Shown here: piece by piece, positions 58,530 to 64,000 of the stretch
Layout of the letters: every line of letters begins with the position of its first letter
How positions within the stretch are numbered: the stretch's first letter is position 1
Translations under genes and position numbers: made by a program
Assembly: GCF_016433145.1 (NCBI RefSeq)
Contig: NC_058133.1
Coordinates: 277,744,641-277,808,640, forward strand
DNA: 64,000 nucleotides
Direction: 5' to 3'
Source of the DNA: Gracilinanus agilis
Taxonomy: Eukaryota
The notes under the pieces: generated by a model
The model's input: only the letters and a program-made list of their open reading frames with translations
What the model was told of the DNA's origin: nothing
Database searches by the model: none

Positions 58530-58883
58530 TTTCTTTTTTCTTTTTTTTCTTTTGAAAATAACATTTTATTTTCATCTCACACTCTATACCAACATAAGAC
58601 CAAAATGGATACGTGATTCAGATATAAAGAGTGATACCATAATTAAATTAGGGGAAAACAGAATAGTTTATCTGGCAGATCTTTGGAGAAGGGAAAAATT
58701 TATGACCAAACAAGAGATAGAGAATATTTTAAGATCCAAAACTAATAATTTTGATTTTATTAAATTAAAAAGCTTAGTGTTAAAAAAAAACACTAATCTA
58801 AGATTAGAAGGGAAACAAAACAAACTGGGGGAAATTGTTTATAACAAATGTCTCTGATAAAGAGATAAAAAATGTCTAATTTT
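58530..58883 (-). mobile_element. Short L1 insertion with an inverted ORF2 segment and TSD
   Basis: Poly-T on the left; ORF2 peptide HLTLYTNIRPKWIRD...FDFIKLKS reads on +; TSD ctctgaccatttt (58517-58529) / ctctgaccgtttt (58884-58896). Confidence 0.75.
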
Positions 58884-59474
58884 CTCTGACCGTTTTCAAA
58901 TTGCTGCTCCCATAATCCTTGGCTTTTCTGAAATGGGTGAAAATCTTTGAAATTGGGATTTATCTTTTGATTTTCTTGTGCTAGAACTACAGTAGGTTAG
59001 GACTTACTTCAATATGGGGCAGGTAGAGAGTATGCTGTGTGGCTCCAGTGCTACCTGTTGTCACTGTGGACACTGGGGAACCTTTTAGAGACTGAGAGTC
59101 CCAACTGCACCTTCACACTGAATGTGAGCCCCCCCACCAGGTACTCCAGACAGGGTAGGGAAGAAGTGCTCCTATTGGGCTGCTGGGCAAAGAGGCCAAG
59201 CATGTGAGAAATGTCCTCAGGCTTGTATGGAAAAGGGAAGGGGAGCAGCCCCCTCTAGCACGAATATCCACAGGTTCAGCAACACAGGCCTTGGGGAACT
59301 TACATGAGATTTTTGCTCATGCTTTTTTGGTTCAAGCTTCTGTGGTTTTCTGGAAAGTTTATCTGACTTTCTTCCACAAAATCAGTGGAACCTCTTCACC
59401 AGTCCTAAACTTTATTAAATTACATACTCGGCAGAACCAAGACCTTTACCTGAATTTCCCCCCAAATATGATTT

Positions 59475-59708
59475 TGTTTGTTCCAGCATTTCAGTTGTAT
59501 CCAACTCTTTGTGATCCGATTTGGGGTTTACTTGGCAAAGATATGGAAGTGGTTTGCCATTGTCTCCTCCAGCTCATTTTACAGATGAAGAAACTGAGGT
59601 AAATAGGATGAAGTGACTTGCCCATGGTTGTGCAGCTAATAAATATTTGAGGCTGGATTTGAACTCGTATCCTCCTGACTCCAGGCATCCACTGTACCAT
59701 CTAGTGCC
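59475..59708 (-). mobile_element. MAR1-like SINE
   Basis: ttcagttgtatccaactctttgtga...ttggcaaagata...gccatt...ccagctcattttacagatgaagaaactgagg. Confidence 0.75.
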
Positions 59709-60779
59709 TTCTGTGTGTCAGAAACTATGCTAAATACTGGGAGATACAAATAAAAGAAAGACTAGTTCCTGTCCTCAAGGAGATTACAATCTAACTGGGG
59801 AAGATGGTACACACACAAAAAAAAAAAAGCTGAAAAAGAAATGAGGGCACTAGAAGGTACCCAGCACAGGAGTATGGAGGTAACCAAACGAGTATGAATT
59901 GAAACCAAACAGATTGGTTGGTGACCAATGAAGAGATGACTGGAATTTTGAGCCCTTTATAAAAGAAAAGTTTTTTTGCTCTGTCCTCCAGAGGTGTAAA
60001 ACCAAGCAGAGAAGCTGTTTTATTTGAAATAATTCCCTGTTGAATGGAATGTGGTACAGAAGAAAGTTCTATGATTCAAATCTTAGCTCTACTACTTCCT
60101 ACCTGTGTGACCTTGAACAAATTACTTAATCTCTGTCTCATATTTTCCTTCTTTGTAAAATGAGGGATTTGTACCAGATGACCTTTGAGGTTCTTTCCTG
60201 TTCTAAATCTATGACCCTGTTTCCTTTTCCAGTCTCTCACAAGATGGATTTGAAGATTAGCAGGGAAGCAGTTGTTGCTGTTGTCACTTAAAAAAATTCA
60301 CATTTCTACAGTACCAAAGTAGGTAGTATGATGGGCACGAAGCCTAGGCCTGGAGTCAGGAAGACTTCAGATCCTGCCTCTTTAATATTACCTATGGGTA
60401 ATATTAATCATTGAGTTTACTGGATTTAGAGAAAGGGGAAAAGGAGGATTGCTTGGGCAAGGGATAACTGACTAAGAACAAATACCAATGGGGAATCACC
60501 TTTACACCCACAAACACAGGACTTGGGAAAATGAGTAACATCTATATAGAAGAATGCCAGTTAAATCAATTAAGCAGTGAGCCAGACTCTAGTCAGTTGG
60601 GGAATTACATTAGACCCTTATATAACTTAACTAAGGTACTTCTAGGGTTAAGGAGAACAGGCAAGAAGCAGGAAACAATAATTTATGAAAGTAAAGAAGT
60701 TAGGGAGATGGGTAAACAGGCATTCCTTAACTGGGGTTGACTATGGACCAGAGACAAGGGAAATGGATTACTACACTAA

Positions 60780-60940
60780 AACCCTAACACTAGATCTAAG
60801 TGGGATGGGGTCTCACTCCATGGGTCCTTGTCCCTCCAGTAGTGGTCTCAGATGTCCCAAGGTCCCAGAAGAAAATCATCCAGTAATTCCAGTAGGTAAC
60901 AAACAGTGAGATGGTACAGAAATGGAAGTTCACCCCCCAA
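60780..60940 (-). mobile_element. Possible ancient L2/CR1 endonuclease-domain remnant
   Basis: Minus-strand peptide scraps GVNFH (GDFN-like), LELLDDF and HLDLVL occur in the order and spacing of an APE endonuclease, but in different frames. Confidence 0.3.
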
Positions 60941-61419
60941 ATCTGTAACCCTAACTCCAGCTTGCACTTGCCCACAGAGTAGATGACATCCTGGTGATGC
61001 TTTTGGGAGTTCAACACATAGACTTCCTTCCCAGTTGCAGCCAACTGTCCCAGAGCCCTGTGTCACACATACTCTTGTATTCTAAGGCTTCATGGAATGT
61101 TCAGCTCATGCCACCCTGCTTGGCAATCTTCCTGTCTACACTTAAATCTATTTATCTTATAAGTTTGCCTACAACATTCAGACACTTAACTAGCTGTGTG
61201 ACCCTGGGCTAGTCACTTAATTGCTATCTGCCTCAGTTTCCTCCTCTGTAAAGTGGGGATAATAATAGCATTTGTCAGGATTATTGAAGATTGAATGAGA
61301 TAACGTATACTGTTTTGCAAATTTTTTTAAATCTCTTACAGAGATTAAATCTTGTAGAGATACCTTCAGAGAATCACAGAATTTTTTTTATTTTTATTTA
61401 CTTATTTATTTTATTTTTT

Positions 61420-61618
61420 TTTTTAAACCCTTACCTTCTGTCTTGGAGTCAGTACTGTGTATTGGCTCCAGGGCAGAAGAGTGGTAAGGGTAGGCAATGG
61501 GGGTCAAGTGACTTGCCCAGGGTCACACAGCTGGGAAGTGGCGGAGGCCAGATTTGAACCTAGGACCTCTCGTCTCTAGGCTTGGCTCTCAATCCACTGA
61601 GCTACCCAGATGCCCCCC
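61420..61618 (-). mobile_element. SINE1_Mdo-like SINE
   Basis: Antisense family pattern, followed by a second partial copy to about 61705. Confidence 0.85.
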
Positions 61619-62929
61619 CATTTCTTTTCTTTCTTTTTTTTTTTTTTTAGGCAATGGGAGTTAAGTGACTTGCCCAGAGTCACACAGCTGGGAAGTGGCT
61701 AAAGCGAACCACAGAATTTTAAATTGGACTTTAACCTTGGATTCTAGTTAGACCTAGAATTTAACTTGGAACATAGAATGATAAAGAATATAATGTTGCA
61801 GCTTGAAGGGGGAATTTATAAATCAAATGAAGTTAGGAGACATTATAAAACATAGAAAAGTCAGAGCTGATAGGGGCTTTAGTGCTTTGCAAATCTTAAA
61901 GGGCTATATAAATGCTATTAGACTGTGATCCTTACATTATAGAAGAAGAAATAGGATCAGCAAAATGCCAAATTTTGCCCATGATCCAGCAGTCTATCCA
62001 CCATGCCTCCTAGCCACCCTTCTGTAGGATTATCTGTATGGCTTCTGCTTTTTTTCATTTGGCCCATAAGATCCCTCTGCTCCACCTCAGCCAATGAGGC
62101 TGCTCCACAATGAGGCAGCAGCAGCAGCAGCAACAGCCCCTCCCTTCAACTCCCTTGTACTGTCCTCTGTACAGTCTCCCCTAAAACCCTATTCCTTTGC
62201 CCAATGCCCCATCTAGGGAAGGGTAGCAACAAGGGATTTAGCCACTGATCCCGGCAGCATCGTTGCCCCATACTTGGCCAGGTTTCCCCTTTCACCAAAG
62301 CTTCGGAACAGTCCCAGTGATCATCAAGGTGCCACCTCCTCTGGCCTCCATCTCCCCCATCCTCCAACTTGTTGCTGCTCCCTCCCTCCCTCCTCAAATT
62401 ACCATGTATTTACTTACTGTGTGCACGGTGGATCCACTCCCTATTTCTACCAAATCCCCCAGAGGCAGGCTCTTTTTGGTTTTTATTTTCCTAATTCCAG
62501 TGCCAGGGCTTAATAAATGTTTGTCATTATTGATCTGAGGTCTTTTCAGAGCAGAGGGTCTGGCCGTTATTGCCTGGAGCAATCCCCTCATTTTCTCAGG
62601 GCTGGAAACTCTCCTCACTCTATCATAGCCACCAAGAAGCCTATGGCAGAGATTCCTTCTGAGGGGGAGAATTCTATCTCAATGGAAGCCCCTTTCATTT
62701 GGGTTTTCTTGCTAAGCTTTCTTTCCTTGTGGGATTCCACTCACTGGTCCAGGGTTTCCACAGTTACTTCCTCCTTTCCCTTACCCCACAACTTGTTCCC
62801 TGCTTCCAGTAGAAAGAGCATTAGCCCTGCAGTCAGAGAATCTGGCTCAAATTCTATCTGTGTGATCTTGGGCAAATCACTTAACCTCAAGCCTCAATTT
62901 TCTCTTCTAAAATGAGAAGTTGGAGGGGG

Positions 62930-63335
62930 GGGGGGCAGCTAAGTGGCTCAGTGGAAAGAGCCCTAGGCCTGGAGATGGAAGGTTATGGGTTCAAATGTGG
63001 CCTTGGACACTTACTAGCTGTGTGACCCTGGGCAAATCACTTAACCCCCATTGCCTGGCCCTCACTATTTTTCTGTCTTTGAACCCATACTTAGTATTGA
63101 TTCTAGGACAAAAGGTAAAGGTTTAAAAAAAAAGTTACTGGGGCAGCTAGGTGGTTCAGTGGATAGAGAGCCAGGCCTGGAGATAAGTGAGTCCAGGGTT
63201 CAAATCTAGCCTCAGACACTTAGCTGTTTGATCCTGGGCAAGTCAATTTAGCCTCAATTGCCTAGCCCTTACTGCTCTTTTGCCTTGGAACTAAAACAGT
63301 ACCAATTCTAAGACAGAAGGTAAGGGCTTAAAATA
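62930..63335 (+). mobile_element. Two tandem SINE1_Mdo-like SINEs (about 62930-63132 and 63140-63335)
   Basis: Two successive gggcagct.ggtgg.tcagtgg heads, each with family body and A tail. Confidence 0.85.
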
Positions 63336-64000
63336 AAGTGAGGGTTTGGACTAGATGACCTCTGCAGGCCCTTCTAGATCTATGAGCCTATACTGTGTGA
63401 GATTATAAAGGTCACCCTTGATTTGAAGCATCATGTTCCTTATCTTTTCCCTCCTCCATCCCAGCCTCTTTTCCACATTTGGTGGCAGCCTGTGGGCCTT
63501 GTTTTCTAGGTCATAACTCAAGGTTCATGTGCTCAGCCTAGCAGGGAAGCTGTACTGAACTGGCTACACTAGAGTCCTCTTTTTCTCGAAGAGAGAAGTA
63601 GACAGCAGGGGGATCTCATGTCTGCTGACTGATCAGTTGTTTAATTTTCTCTTTCAGAGAGTCCCACTCCATGGTAGGTTAAATGTGTTTTGGTTTGAAG
63701 GATGGAGCAATAGGAACTTTCACGAGAGTCTTCTGAGGTACTTTATTTCGTCTCTTTGATGGAGAGAGGTTCTAGACACTTTTGTCTTCTTGGGACATGG
63801 TTTCTAAATAGATGGGATTAGATCATTTGTATTATAGTACTGCCCCATAATCCTCTGCTTCTCCTTTTCAAGTGAGGCAGAATGGAGAAAAGATAATTTA
63901 ACCTTTGGACTTCGCCCTTCTAAGCCAAGACTCTGGGATCGTGCTAACCCGGTCCATTCCTGGCCCCAGGAGAGTTATTTTTTTCTTTCTTGGCTCATTG

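Noticed and set aside
62085-62140. CCAAT plus a short (CAG)5 tract as a possible promoter of a downstream gene
   Set aside because: No CpG island, ORF or splice evidence to support it.

Overview
Eukaryotic genomic DNA from a marsupial. The abundant tRNA-headed SINEs and L1 3' ends match what I recall as Monodelphis/didelphid SINE1_Mdo, MAR1 and L1_Mdo, so this is most likely the gray short-tailed opossum or a close relative. It is the conserved syntenic block NFKBIE (- strand, exon 1 and part of intron 1 only), TMEM151B (+, 3 coding exons, 562 aa), TCTE1/DRC5 (-, 4 coding exons, 517 aa) and AARS2 (-, 22 coding exons, 990 aa). All exons were mapped by hand to GT-AG junctions with consistent phases. 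The rest is SINE/LINE remnants, microsatellites and four hAT-type MITEs with TIRs and 8-bp TSDs. The most notable unexplained structures are: (1) two inverted copies of a 192-bp hAT MITE that each carry a full CTCF motif, forming a convergent pair in the putative TCTE1 intron 1; (2) a perfect 57-bp palindrome and a 509-nt AG-free zone before a triple NAG acceptor in TMEM151B intron 1; (3) an overlapping upstream ORF on TMEM151B; (4) a Thr-rich repeat tail on DRC5; (5) non-conservation of two human disease arginines and upstream in-frame ATGs in AARS2; (6) a near-identical 225-bp duplication in NFKBIE intron 1. Gene and repeat names and human comparisons come from my recall, not from database searches.
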